64,000 nucleotides of DNA, taken from Eledone cirrhosa (lineage: Eukaryota). The number at the start of each line of letters is the position of its first letter. Position 1 is the first letter of the stretch. Positions 31,140-42,867 of this stretch are shown here, in pieces. The stretch spans positions 1,302,001-1,366,000 of the forward strand of contig OZ024756.1 of the NCBI GenBank assembly GCA_964016885.1, written 5' to 3'. A program made the translations under genes and the position numbers. Below the pieces are notes generated by a model, which was not told the origin of the DNA, did not search any database, and saw only the letters and a list, made by a program, of their open reading frames with translations.

Positions 31140-34100
31140 GTTTAACATGGATGTGTTGGTCACACAAAGGCATGGTCTGTCAATGAATAAACCTGATTCT
31201 ACAGAATTGGTCTCTGGTCTTTAATAGTAGTGATTCCGTGCGTATGTGTGTTTATATTTTATGACAATTCTATTGGGGTGATAACCCGTTTAGTTTTGGT
31301 TTAAATTTGTTGAGGAATAGATTTTCTTTGTTTATTCTTTGTTGCTGTGTGAACGAATCTGAGCACTTGTAGAAGGGGAAGATTTTAAAGTTGGGTAGTG
31401 TCATTCCTGCGCAGTTCGTAATATGGCTGCTCAAGGGGATTTTTCTTGTGTTAGCGTCCCGGATTTGTTGGCGGTGGATGGTCATTCTTTTGCGTAATGA
31501 GGTGCCCGTCTGTCCTATGTAGTTGTGTTTGCACCCACCGCAAGTTATTGCGTAAATCAAATTCTCCGAGTTGCAGGTGAAATTGTTTTTTACTGTAAAT
31601 GTTTGGCCATCTTTGAATGTAAATGTTTGTCCTTCAGTGAGGTAGAGGCACGTTCCACAGTTTGTTCTACCACATTTGGTAACTGTAGGGTTGAGGATTG
31701 GTTTGGGTATATTTGGTCCAGTGAGAATGCGTTTAAGTGATTTGGGTTGTCTTTTACTTTTAAGGATCTTGTGTGTTTCAAGAATAGACTTCATTTTTAC
31801 ATCTTTAAGTAGGATGGGGAGGTTTTTGTGTAGGTGATCAAACATTTCGGTATTTCTGGGGTTGAAAGTGGATACATATAGCAGGGTGTTGAGTGTGGTT
31901 TTCTGTTTTGGATTGTTAAGTTGATGGGGATTTAGGTGTTTTGCCCTGTCTATTCCATTGTTGATTATTTCAAGTGGAAAGGCTCTTAAGATAAGGGTGT
32001 CTTTTAGTTCCTTTAGTCTTTGCTCCCGTTTAGGTGGATCTGATACTATGGTACATATACGTTTGGCCAAATTGTAAGGAATGTTAAGTTTTGTATGTTT
32101 TGGGTGACTTGATGTGAAAAAGAGGTATTGCTTGGAATCTGTGGGTTTATAGAATATATCTGTATCTAATTTCCCGTCTATTACAGAGATGAGAATATCC
32201 AAGAAGGCTAATTCCTTAGGATTGGATTCCATTGTGAATTGTATGTTATTATCTATGTTGTTTATCATGTTTTTAAACGTAGTAAGTGAGTTCATGTCTT
32301 CTTGCCATAGGATAAAGCAGTCGTCTAGATATCTTTTCCAATTGGCTTTGAGGTGTGTGTGGAAAGAGTCTCCAAATAAGAGAAGGGACTGACTGTATAT
32401 TTGTTGTTCATGGAATCTCATGACTAGGTTGGCATATGTGGGTGCTACTTTCGTGCCCATTGCCGTACCTGATACTTGTCTGTATGTTGAACCATTGAAT
32501 GTGAAGTAGTTATTTTGTAGGATAAAGCGGAGTCCGTCAGTGATAAAATCTGTGTTGATGCGTGTCGGTATTTCTGATGGGTGTGTGTTAAGCCAGTATT
32601 GGACTGCTGTTATTCCATAGTTGTGAGGTATGTTTGTGTAGAGGTTTATTACGTCAAAGGAGACAAGAATTGTATTTGCACTTACTGTTTTAGGGAGGTG
32701 TTTCAGCATGTCAAGGTCATCTCGTATGTAGCTCTGTATATGTTGTAGAAAGGGTTTCAGTAGGATGTCCAGAAAGTTGCTAAGTCTGTGGGTTTCACAT
32801 GTAGGGCCTGCTATAATTGGCCTGAGTTTTAGGTCTTCTGGTGGTGTTAGTTCAATGTAATTGTTGGTTGAGGTGTCACATGCATCGTTTATGGGTTTAC
32901 ATTTGTGAAGTTTCGGTAAGCCGTAAAAAGAGCTTGTATTGCATTTGAAGTGGCTTATATAGTTAAACTCTTTTGTGGTTAAGCTGTTGCGGTATTTATT
33001 CAGTAAGGTCAAAAGGTTCCCCATTGTTTTGGTGTGTTTGTAGTTTTCTGTTTTTTCATAGTATGTGTTGTTTTCTAAAATGTTAAGTGCGAGGGTCCTA
33101 TAGTAGTCCGTATTCATAATCACAACAGTACTGCCTTTATCGGCTTCTTTGATAGTTATCTCAGGGTTGTTTCTAAGTGTGAATAATTCTTCCCATTCGT
33201 GTGTAGATAGGTTTGATTTCGTGTGTTTATTTGTAATTTTTTCATAGGGAAAGTTGGTGATGTGTTCGCAGTACGTGTCCAGTGCTTTATTTCTTCCCTT
33301 TTGTGGGCAGAAATTGCTTTTATTTCTAACCAGTGATTCGTCTTCAGTGTTGGTGTCGTTGTGGAAGAATTCCGTTAGTCGCAGCTTTCGGCAGTATTCC
33401 ATGATGTCATCCTTCATTTCGGGGAAGTTTGGTTTACGTGGTGTAGGTGTAAATTTCAGGCCCTTACTTAAAATGTTGATTTGTGTGTTGGTTAGAGGTG
33501 TCTTTGAGAGGTTGATTATTTTTGGTTTCTCCTGAGGGGGGGGGGGGGGGGGGCATCGAGTATCCTGGTATTTCAGGCTTTTCCCTAAAAAAGGAATGTA
33601 GTTTTGTGTGTGATTATATTTTGTTGGTCTGTTGCGTGTGGGTCTGTAGCTTGTTGTTTCATGAGGGTGAATGTGATGGTGGGGGGTGGTATGTGTTGTG
33701 GTTGTTGATGAGCAAGGGTTCTGTTGTTGGTTCATGTGGTCTGGGTGCGTTATTTCTGTGGTACAGAGTGTTGAGGCTGGGGGGTTGTCTTTTGTTGGAT
33801 TGAGGGTGATGTCTGGTGTGGTTGTGGGTAAGTTCTGTTGTGATTTCAAGTGGTCTGGGTGGATTTCTTCTGAGGAATGTGGTGTGTGTGTTGTGAGTTG
33901 GATCTATGTTATTTCGTCGTTGGTTTATGTAGGAGGCATTTCTACGGAAACCTGTGTTGTGGTGGTTGGGTGTGTTTCTTTTGGTGTAGTTGGCCGTATT
34001 TGGTTTGTGTTGGTGGGGGATGTGCCTGTGGTTAGTGTGTGTTGGGTTTGGTGGTGTAAATGTGTCTGTTGTAGTTCTTGTTATGTTCAAATGCTTTATA

Positions 34101-34274
34101 AAGGGGTTACCTGTTTGGTGCGTCCTTTTAAAGTCTTCTTCATATTTGAGGAACCAGTTTTCGGATTTTTCCCACCGTTTAAGGGAAATAGTTTCTGCAT
34201 TCTCGCAGTCCTGTTTCCACGATTTGATTAAATTTTGTAGGGTTGTTCCCTCGGCCTTTTTAGTGCATTCTTCC
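31140..34274 (-). mobile_element. Penelope-like element; N-terminal region frameshifted or truncated at (TA)n
   Basis: RT-EN ORF is open; upstream frame 33659-34090 and beyond is interrupted; the 5' end abuts (TA)n. The 3' boundary is approximate. Confidence 0.85.
31270..33849 (-). CDS. Penelope-like (Neptune-type) RT + GIY-YIG polyprotein ORF, 859 aa
   Basis: IINLSK, ITIKEADKGS, FYGLPKLHK, SFDVINLYTNI, GTAMGTKVAPTYANL, WKRYLDDCF, Zn linker CGRTNCGTC, LIYAITCGGC..NYIGQTG. Confidence 0.93.
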   Translation of the reverse strand: MKSQQNLPTTTPDITLNPTKDNPPASTLCTTEITHPDHMNQQQNPCSSTTTTHTTPHHHIHPHETTSYRPTRNRPTKYNHTQNYIPFLGKSLKYQDTRCPPPPPPQEKPKIINLSKTPLTNTQINILSKGLKFTPTPRKPNFPEMKDDIMEYCRKLRLTEFFHNDTNTEDESLVRNKSNFCPQKGRNKALDTYCEHITNFPYEKITNKHTKSNLSTHEWEELFTLRNNPEITIKEADKGSTVVIMNTDYYRTLALNILENNTYYEKTENYKHTKTMGNLLTLLNKYRNSLTTKEFNYISHFKCNTSSFYGLPKLHKCKPINDACDTSTNNYIELTPPEDLKLRPIIAGPTCETHRLSNFLDILLKPFLQHIQSYIRDDLDMLKHLPKTVSANTILVSFDVINLYTNIPHNYGITAVQYWLNTHPSEIPTRINTDFITDGLRFILQNNYFTFNGSTYRQVSGTAMGTKVAPTYANLVMRFHEQQIYSQSLLLFGDSFHTHLKANWKRYLDDCFILWQEDMNSLTTFKNMINNIDNNIQFTMESNPKELAFLDILISVIDGKLDTDIFYKPTDSKQYLFFTSSHPKHTKLNIPYNLAKRICTIVSDPPKREQRLKELKDTLILRAFPLEIINNGIDRAKHLNPHQLNNPKQKTTLNTLLYVSTFNPRNTEMFDHLHKNLPILLKDVKMKSILETHKILKSKRQPKSLKRILTGPNIPKPILNPTVTKCGRTNCGTCLYLTEGQTFTFKDGQTFTVKNNFTCNSENLIYAITCGGCKHNYIGQTGTSLRKRMTIHRQQIRDANTRKIPLSSHITNCAGMTLPNFKIFPFYKCSDSFTQQQRINKENLFLNKFKPKLNGLSPQ

Positions 34275-34363
34275 TATATATATATATACGGATGACTTCC
34301 AAAAACAATGGTTGCATTTTAATAGAGTACGTCAAAGCTTATTTGTAAAACTGTTATATATTG

Positions 34364-34428
34364 TATTTTGTCTGATGAAGGCATACCATAATCTAATTTG
34401 GTATCCCTGAAATATGTATAATGAAATA
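34364..34428 (+). ncRNA. Type I hammerhead in a ~260-bp non-coding element between (TA)n tracts
   Basis: TATTTTGT-CTGATGA-stem II (ATACCA/TGGTAT)-GAAA-TATGTA-TA-ATGAAATA. Relatives at 46529 and 55815. Confidence 0.8.
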
Positions 34429-34553
34429 AATATGGTTTTATAAATATAGTTTCCATTTATTAATATCGTATATCTACTCCAAATACTTGTCGAGTGCTTT
34501 ATATCAGTTATGAAAATATTTACTTGTATCCCAACAATTTTAAATAGAACTTT

Positions 34554-34637
<84 letters not shown>

Positions 34638-34700
34638 TGTATATATATGAGAGACGTAAAATAAGAAAATTATAAAATTAACTTACTTACTAGAATTTCA

Positions 34701-34780
34701 CTTCCAACTAATTAGTTTCTGAAATGGAATAAATATACTTTCCGAAGAAAATAAAGAGAAGCATTTCGTCGTCAGGGAAG
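34701..34780 (-). ncRNA. Type I hammerhead with a long loop II
   Basis: Mirror image of 35442-35521. Confidence 0.65.
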
Positions 34781-35441
34781 ACTATTCTCAGCTAAGTATC
34801 CAGGCAATGCGTGGACTCTGGAAACTTATTCAAAAATAATTCAGTGGATAGAAAATAGCGAAGCGTGGACTGAATTCCTAGCCATTGAGAAAATCACTGC
34901 CTCTGCGTCGGTGGCAAATTCAAAAAGAATCAATCACGTGACATCGAGGTCAATCAGTCGAAAGTGGTTTGTTAATAAGACAGCGGCCTGCCTGCTACCA
35001 TAGCAGCAGTCTTGGTCAATATTGCTCGACAAATAATTTGGAGATAATTATAAAGAATTAATATCTAGTAACATATATATACATACAGATGCATATCAAT
35101 GCTAGCAAATATATAGGTTTTGTCTTAGTAACTTTGTGGTTCAATGCATGGGGTTGCAGAACAATAATATGAGAGACGTAAAATAAGAAAATTATAAAAT
35201 TAACTTACTTACTAAAATTTATGGTAGCAGGCAGGCCGCTGTCTTATTAACAAACCACTTTCCACTGATTGACCTCGATGTCACGTGATTGATTCTTTTC
35301 GAATTTGCCACCGACGCAGAGGCAGTGATTTTCTCAATGGCTAGGAATTCAGTCCACGCTTCGCTATTTTCTATCCACTGAATTATTTTTGAATAAGTTT
35401 CCAGAGTCCACGCTTTGCCTGGATACTTAGCTGAGAATAGT

Positions 35442-35521
35442 CTTCCCTGACGACGAAATGCTTCTCTTTATTTTCTTCAGAAAGTATATTTATTCCATTT
35501 CAGAAACTAATTAGTTGGAAG
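35442..35521 (+). ncRNA. Type I hammerhead with a long loop II
   Basis: CTTCC-CTGACGA-c-GAAATG...CATTTC-a-GAAA-CTAATTAG-TT-GGAAG. Confidence 0.65.
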
Positions 35522-35681
35522 TGAAATTTTAGTAAGTTAATTTTATAATTTTCTTATTTTACGTCTCTCATATTATTGTTCTGCAACCCCATGCATTGAA
35601 CCACAAAGTTACTAAGACAAAACCTATATATTTGCTAGCATTGATATGCATCTGTATGTATATATATGTTACTAGATATTA

Positions 35682-35762
<81 letters not shown>

Positions 35763-35774
35763 ATATATATATTG

Positions 35775-38068
35775 TTATACTTTGGGAGGGTCATGTTGCC
35801 AATAAGAAACACACGCACCAGTTGCTTTCACTTCAATTTCTTATAATAAATTTATAAATTTAGGAATTTATAAATTTCCGGTTTGTTGGTTGGTTCCACA
35901 ACCAGATGATTGTTTATATATTGTCAAAGTTCTTTCGTCACACATTCTGTGACCTCTTCAGTGACTGGGGATTCTTTTCTTTGTTTTTGTGCCTCTCCTT
36001 TGTTCTGTCCTACGCCATTTTGTTTCTGTGTGTGTGTTGTGTGCTCAGTCTGCGCATGCGCCACATCCGGGTGTCTGTGTGTGTTTATATTCGTTTATTT
36101 ATTTGTTTATTTACATGTTACAGGTTGGTTGTTTGTTCTATGTGCGTGTGTGTTTTCATTTTGTCCTTAATTGTAAGTTGTGATGCTGCTGTTCCACTTA
36201 TGTTTTCTATTTAATTTTGGTTGTAATTCTCTTATGTTCATTGCCTCTGTGATTTGTCTAAACATTGCGTCTTTTCTGTGTGTAGATTCTATTTTTATTT
36301 CTGTTCTCTAATTTACCCTTATGTTCTATTTTAGCATGTTGGTAGAGTACAGATGATTTTTACTATCTTGAAGGTCTCGCCAGTGTTCATTTATCCGTTC
36401 CCCTACCCTACACTACGAGCTGTCTCACCTATGTACACTATATTTTTGTCTCTACATTGTCCTTCAGTACATCTTATGCTATATACTACATTTCTAGTTT
36501 TACAGTTAATATGGGGGCTTAATTTACAGGTTATATATTTCTTATCTATACAGGGGGGTCTTTGAAAAGGGTATGTCTTGCTAATAAGTGTTTTTACGGA
36601 GGTACCTGGTCTTTCTACTATCTTAATATTGAGTTTATGTTTATCTAGGGCCCTTCTAAATTTGTAAGCTAATTCACCTCTAGGGGTTGTATCGATGAAC
36701 TTTACACTTTGGTATTTATTGCTATCATACCATGAGTTTATTCTATTAGCCTTATTCCTAGTTCTTTCTATTCTATTCCAAAATTTGCTCCTATACAAGG
36801 GGCAGGTCCCATTTGTGTCATTGTTTACCATTTTTTCCCATTTGGTTCTGGCTCCTCTATACACTCTGATTTTATCTCTCTGATTGTAACCAGAGAACTG
36901 CATATGGTGGATGAAGTGTTGTATGTGTCTCTCTAGTTCTTCGGGGTTGCACATGCGGGACACGTTTCTCATCACCCGTACCAAATCCGCAATCAGTATG
37001 TTGATTTTGGTATGGTCCGAAACAGCTGAGTTTCGGTGGATCAGATATTTGGAAGTCATGGGTTTGGCATAATGGGAATGGAGGATTTGTTTTTTTGTTA
37101 TTAATGGTATCTAACCAAAGCTCTGTGTCTAGTACAGGTAATCGATGGTTCGGGTGTTTACTTGGGTAGTCTATAGTAACTCTAATACTCTTGTGGATGG
37201 AGTTAGCTATTTACTGGATGCTTTCCATTGTGTTTTTCTCTACTTCCTGACTGTTCTCTAGTGGGGGTGTTTTAACTACGATGTTTATATCATCAACGTA
37301 GCGGGAGTACATTATCTGGGTTAAGGGGTCTTCTAATTGTTCTTTAAGTTTAAGTTTAAGTCTATTGTCCCACCATACCATGAATAAGTTAGCTATGCCG
37401 CCTGCAATGCTAACACCAATGGCTGCTCCTTCCTCTTGGGCATATGTTTTTCCATTAAATTTGAACATATGTTCCTTAAGGGTTAATTTTATGCTGGCCC
37501 CCACCGCATGTGCAATCATTTTCTTTAGTTCATCGTGGTTTTCGGGTGTCCGTATGGCTCTGGTCCACCCGTTCCATCTATCTGTGTGGGTTTTCTTGGC
37601 CATTGAGGTAATGGTAGGTGGTCTGCTTCTCGCTGGTCTTGTAGGGCACAGGTTGCTAAGGTCATATGTGTCTAGGTAATTATTACTATAGGTAAGTTTA
37701 AGTAGGAGTCCCAGCTCACTGGTATCAATCCCACGGAACTCAACATTGCTCTCACTGATCATTTCTACGCATTTCTCCACAGCAAAATCCACGTCAATAG
37801 ATGGATACAGGGACAAAACATCCATACTACCTATTATGTAGTTTGTAGGTCCCTAGATCGATTACTCTCGCCGATTCTGCTGAGGAGGTCCTCTGTGCTG
37901 TCACATACATCTGGGGACATTTCAATGATGGGGCGTATGACCAGGGAGAGGAAGTAGGACAGTCTGTAGTTACTAGCAATGTTAGCTCCACAGACTGGCC
38001 GTGTTGGTGGTCCCGTGACAGGGTCACTGCCCATTTTATGGTCTTTTCGAAGCCCATACAACGCCGTT
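35775..38068 (-). mobile_element. Degenerate Penelope-like element (third lineage), 5'-truncated, in (TA)n
   Basis: Fragmented ORFs: LYGLRKDHK..TRPVC, MDVLSLYPSID, YSRYVDDI, NVVYSIRC...VYIGETARS. HHR in the 3' region. Confidence 0.88.
35923..35965 (-). ncRNA. Minimal hammerhead in the 3' terminal region of the Penelope-like element (sense orientation)
   Basis: GTCA-CTGAAGA-g-GTCACA-gaatg-TGTGAC-GAAA-GAAC-TT-TGAC. Confidence 0.8.
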
Positions 38069-38403
38069 GTATATATATATATATATATATATGTATATGT
38101 AGATAAATCTACCAAGAGTTTACGGTAGTGTCCAATCCGTATGAAGAACTCAATGTAATCCGGATATCATGGAAAGAAGAGATGCAATGAAAATAATTTT
38201 GTATAATTTTGTACATAGATCTGTTGAATATGCATGCCAATTCTAACACATATATATCCTAGAAACGATCGTTAAATAATGAACTTTTTTTGTTTAATAT
38301 AAGGAACTGTTTCATTGTTTTATTCATTATTTTTTTAATATTTTATATATGTATATATATATATGTATATATATATATGTATATATATGTATATATATAT
38401 GTA

Positions 38404-39803
38404 TATTAGAAAGATCGAGTATCGAAAAATCGGCGCACGAGTTCACGATAAACAAAATTCGAAATGAGCGGCAGAGGGCTCAATAATTCAGATGAATCAG
38501 AGCTATAACTATCGTTAAAATACCGTCACATATAGAACAAGTCTACAATCAACCATACGATAAAAAATCGATAATAGAAGATTCGGGACAAACAGATAAA
38601 AAATATCAATAAAACAATACATCAATAATTTAAATGAATGTAAAATCATACCCGGACCCACTAGAAAGGTGTTAAATCTAGCTTCTTGGGTTTCTGTAAA
38701 TCCTTAGACTGTACTCTATCAGCTCACATATAAATATAAAAGCCTACTAGAGCAAGAGGAACGGAGTTTACTTTCTCAACGAGCTTTTTTCCTAGCGGAA
38801 AAGGGGCTAACCACCAGTGAAAAACGCACATGGCATTAGACAAGGGAGATAACCTCTACATCCGCGAAAACTATTCGAGGAAATGTGGAAATACACATAT
38901 CGAATAAGAGTGCTCAATAGACATGTTAAAATAAAACAAAAGCTATTCATCACTCAATAGAATCGACAAAAAAATGAGCAATAAAATTAACTGGTGGATA
39001 GCTATGTCCAGAGCTAAAAATATTAGAAAGATCGAGTATCGAAAAATCGGCGCACGAGTTCACGATAAACAAAATTCGAAATGAGCGGCAGAGGGCTCAA
39101 TAATTCAGATGAATCAGAGCTATAACTATCGTTAAAATACCGTCACATATAGAACAAGTCTACAATCAACCATACGATAAAAAATCGATAATAGAAGATT
39201 CGGGACAAACAGATAAAAAATATCAATAAAACAATACATCAATAATTTAAATGAATGTAAAATCATACCCGGACCCACTAGAAAGGTGTTAAATCTAGCT
39301 TCTTGGGTTTCTGTAAATCCTTAGACTGTACTCTATCAGCTCACATATAAATATAAAAGCCTACTAGAGCAAGAGGAACGGAGTTTACTTTCTCAACGAG
39401 CTTTTTTCCTAGCGGAAAAGGGGCTAACCACCAGTGAAAAACGCACATGGCATTAGACAAGGGAGATAACCTCTACATCCGCGAAAACTATTCGAGGAAA
39501 TGTGGAAATACACATATCGAATAAGAGTGCTCAATAGACATGTTAAAATAAAACAAAAGCTATTCATCACTCAATAGAATCGACAAAAAATGAGCAATAA
39601 AATTAACTGGTGGATAGCTATGTCCAGAGCTAAAAATATTAGAAAGATCGAGTATCGAAAAATCGGCGCACGAGTTCACGATAAACAAAATTCGAAATGA
39701 GCGGCAGAGGGCTCAATAATTCAGATGAATCAGAGCTATAACTATCGTTAAAATACCGTCACATATAGAACAAGTCTACAATCAACCATACGATAAAAAA
39801 TCG
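38404..39803. repeat. 617-bp non-coding tandem repeat, about 2.3 near-identical copies, in (TA)n
   Basis: TATTAGAAAGATCGAG at 38404, 39021 and 39637. Confidence 0.93.
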
Positions 39804-39804
39804 A

Positions 39805-39855
39805 AGATTCCTGATGATTTCTAAAGAATGTAACAGTTCTAGTCCTGTAGAATCT
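39805..39855 (+). ncRNA. Hammerhead-like motif with a GAAA>GTAA lesion
   Basis: AGATTC-CTGATGA-tTTCtaaaGAAt-GTAA-CAG-ttctagtc-CTG-TA-GAATCT; all three stems pair. Confidence 0.6.
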
Positions 39856-39960
39856 CATCTATATTAAAACTATATATGTATATATATATATGTGTGTGTG
39901 GTGTGTGTATGTGTATATATATGTATATATATATATATGTGTGTGTGTGTGTGGTGTGTG

Positions 39961-40032
<72 letters not shown>

Positions 40033-40044
40033 TAAGTGTGTGTG

Positions 40045-40089
<45 letters not shown>

Positions 40090-40199
40090 CACCATCCATG
40101 CCGTTATCCAATCCACAGCCCCGCCAACTAGAAAACTTTCAGTTGATTCTCTAACTAAACAAACAGCTGTTAAAAAGAGACTTCCAGAAGGGGGGGGTT

Positions 40200-40880
40200 G
40201 TAGAGACAGGGGGTGAGGTGGGACGTAGAGACAGGGGGCGTAGGGACAAATGGAGGGGAGAGGGTGGGGTGGGGGAGATGTAGAGACAAAGTAAGGGGTG
40301 AGGAGGTGGGGGAGAGGTGGGTAAGAATTACACAAGTTAAAATGAGATGCGAAAGGGAGAGAAGCTATGAGAGACAAAGAGAGAGAGTGTGAGAGAGAGA
40401 GGGGCGAGGGAGAGAAAGGCAGAGAGAGATGTGTAGAGAGAGACGGTAGAGAGAGATGTAGAGAGAGAGGGGGAGGGAGAGAGAGATAGGCAGAGTGAAA
40501 GGGAGAGAGAGAGAGGGGGAGATAGATGTAGAGAGAGAGAGAGGGAGAGAGAGGCAGAGAGAGAGGGGGAGAGATAGGGGTGGATAGAGAGGGACAGAGA
40601 TAGGGAAATAGGGAAAGAGAGAGGCGGAGGAGAAAGAGTGAGAGGAGGGGGAAGAGAGAGGGTTGAGAGAGAGGAGAGAAAGAGAGAGAAAGAGGAGTGA
40701 GAGTGAGAGGAGCGGGAAGAGAGGTGGAAAAGAGGGGGTAGCGAGAGAAGAGAGAGGGGGAGAGGGAAGAGAGAGAAGGGTAAGAGAAAGAGGGAGGAGA
40801 GGAAGGGAGAGGGAGGGAGAGAGCGAGAGAAGGGAGAGAGAGATGGAGAGAGAGAGTGTGAGTAGGGGGAAGAGAGTTAG
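40200..40880. repeat. Polypurine (GA-rich) low-complexity tract
   Basis: Nearly pure G/A on the + strand. Confidence 0.9.
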
Positions 40881-41041
40881 ATCGTGTAAGACATTCAAAA
40901 TTAAATATTTTTAAAATGATTATAAAAAGCCTATTGTTTCTTCTTGTTCACATCTGCCCCCTCCCCCTCCCCTGCTCCTCCTCTACCTCCTCATCATCAT
41001 CATACGTCCGCTGTATACACACACGCACACGCACACACACA

Positions 41042-41114
<73 letters not shown>

Positions 41115-41224
41115 GTGTGCCTAAATATTTGTGTGCCTATGCTCGTATATATATATATATATATATATTCATATATATTCATATATATATTTATATGAAT
41201 ATTCATATGAGTACAATATATATA

Positions 41225-41288
<64 letters not shown>

Positions 41289-41340
41289 CTAATCATAATA
41301 TTAATATAATGTAAGTATTGTTTCATATCTATCATTATCA

Positions 41341-41426
<86 letters not shown>

Positions 41427-41799
41427 CTTCTGTATTATTCCTCTTCCAAATTCTGTGAATGTAAGCAACTTTTTAGTTACTTTCTTTTCTTTTTAATTAT
41501 TATTCTCGGCGGAAATGTTTATAGTTTTATAAACTACGGCAAATCTTTTCTCTCGCCATTTTTACATCTCTTTGTTCCTTTTTATTTTTATGAAAGTAAA
41601 TAAACTATATATGTTTCTCGCTATATTGTTTTTAAAAGTCTTTCAGTCGTTAGATCGCGGTCATGCTGGGACGACATTTTGATTTAGTTATTCCATGACT
41701 CTAATTCTCTATAACGTGTTTCATCGACAGACTGTGGCCATGCTGGGGCACTGCCATCGATGTAACACTTTCTATAGCCAGCTTTCCTTGGTTGGCCAT

Positions 41800-42140
41800 T
41801 GATACATAAGGGTGTTTGTTGTTGCTGCCCTTATTTGTGCATCACCTCGAGATGTGGTTTTATCCAGGATCTTGGCCTCTAGAACGTCGAGATGTCTCTT
41901 GAAATCATCTACATGGACACCAAAATCTCTCAGGTTTTTTTGGCAGCTTATTACAGAGCTGGGGTCCCTTGAACCCCAGGTTCTTGCAGAATGTGTTCCT
42001 CACACTTGATGCGACGGATGGGACCTCTGACACTATAGAGTAGGGTATTAAAGAGCTGGGGTCCCTTGAACCCCAGGCTATTGCAGTATGTGGTCCTTAC
42101 ACTTGACACGATGGATGGGACCTCTGACACTATAGAGTGA
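41800..42140 (-). mobile_element. CR1/L2-like LINE 3' fragment with a local ~97-bp duplication
   Basis: Translates as FKGPQLCNKLPKNLRD...DDFKRHLD, typical of a CR1-type C-terminus. Confidence 0.55.
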
Positions 42141-42627
42141 CCTCCTGTTCGTGGGTTGGTTCTGCCGTCAATGCCAAAGTTTGGGGATTTACTCTTTCCT
42201 TTGTTTCAGTCATCAGATTGCGGCCATGCTGGGGCACCACCTTGATTTAGTTCACCAAATTGACTCTAGTACTTATTTATTTATTTATTTTATTTCAAAT
42301 TTGTTACTTCTTTTAATGAGCACTAGTTTGTCGAACCGCTAAGTTACGAGGCATAAACACACAGAGACAGAAAAGCAGAGAGTGACATACACACACACAC
42401 ACATTCACACACACCCACACCCACACCCACACACAACACACACACTCTCTCTCATACATACATATACACATCCACAGACATATGACGGGCTCATGCAGTT
42501 TCCGACTACCATATTCTACTCACAAGACATTGGTCAACCCGAGGATATAGTTAACCATGATGTCATAGTAGGAAAAGCACTCGACGTTACGCAAGTCATC
42601 CATCTTTGATGTTGAATCCTAAATGTA

Positions 42628-42818
42628 CATAATTGTTTCTACTTTAGGCACAAGGCCAGCAATTACCCAGTGCATTACTGGTACTTTATTTTATCGACCC
42701 CGTAAGGATGAAAGGCAAAGTCAACCTCGGCGGGATTTGAACTCAGATCGTAAAGGGACGTAACTATGCTGGAAAGCATGGCGTCCGACCCTCAACCGAT
42801 ACTGCCAATACACCGCCC
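42628..42818 (-). mobile_element. Meta-like SINE
   Basis: Near-identical to 16945-17129. Confidence 0.85.
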
Positions 42819-42867
42819 TAAATGTACATAATGTTAGCAGGAATAAAAATTTGAAGGAATTTCACTG

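Larger units (their letters stand above)
34647..35686. mobile_element. 522-bp HHR unit: 1.1 tandem units plus a permuted inverted arm, in (TA)n
   Basis: GAGAGACGTAAAATAAG at 34649 and 35171. 35221-35686 is the reverse complement and reads through the unit junction. Confidence 0.88.

Noticed and set aside
36403-38115. Selenocysteine read-through in the fragmented PLE
   Set aside because: The breaks I checked are frameshifts or TAA/TAG stops rather than in-frame TGA at Cys positions, and no SECIS was recognised.
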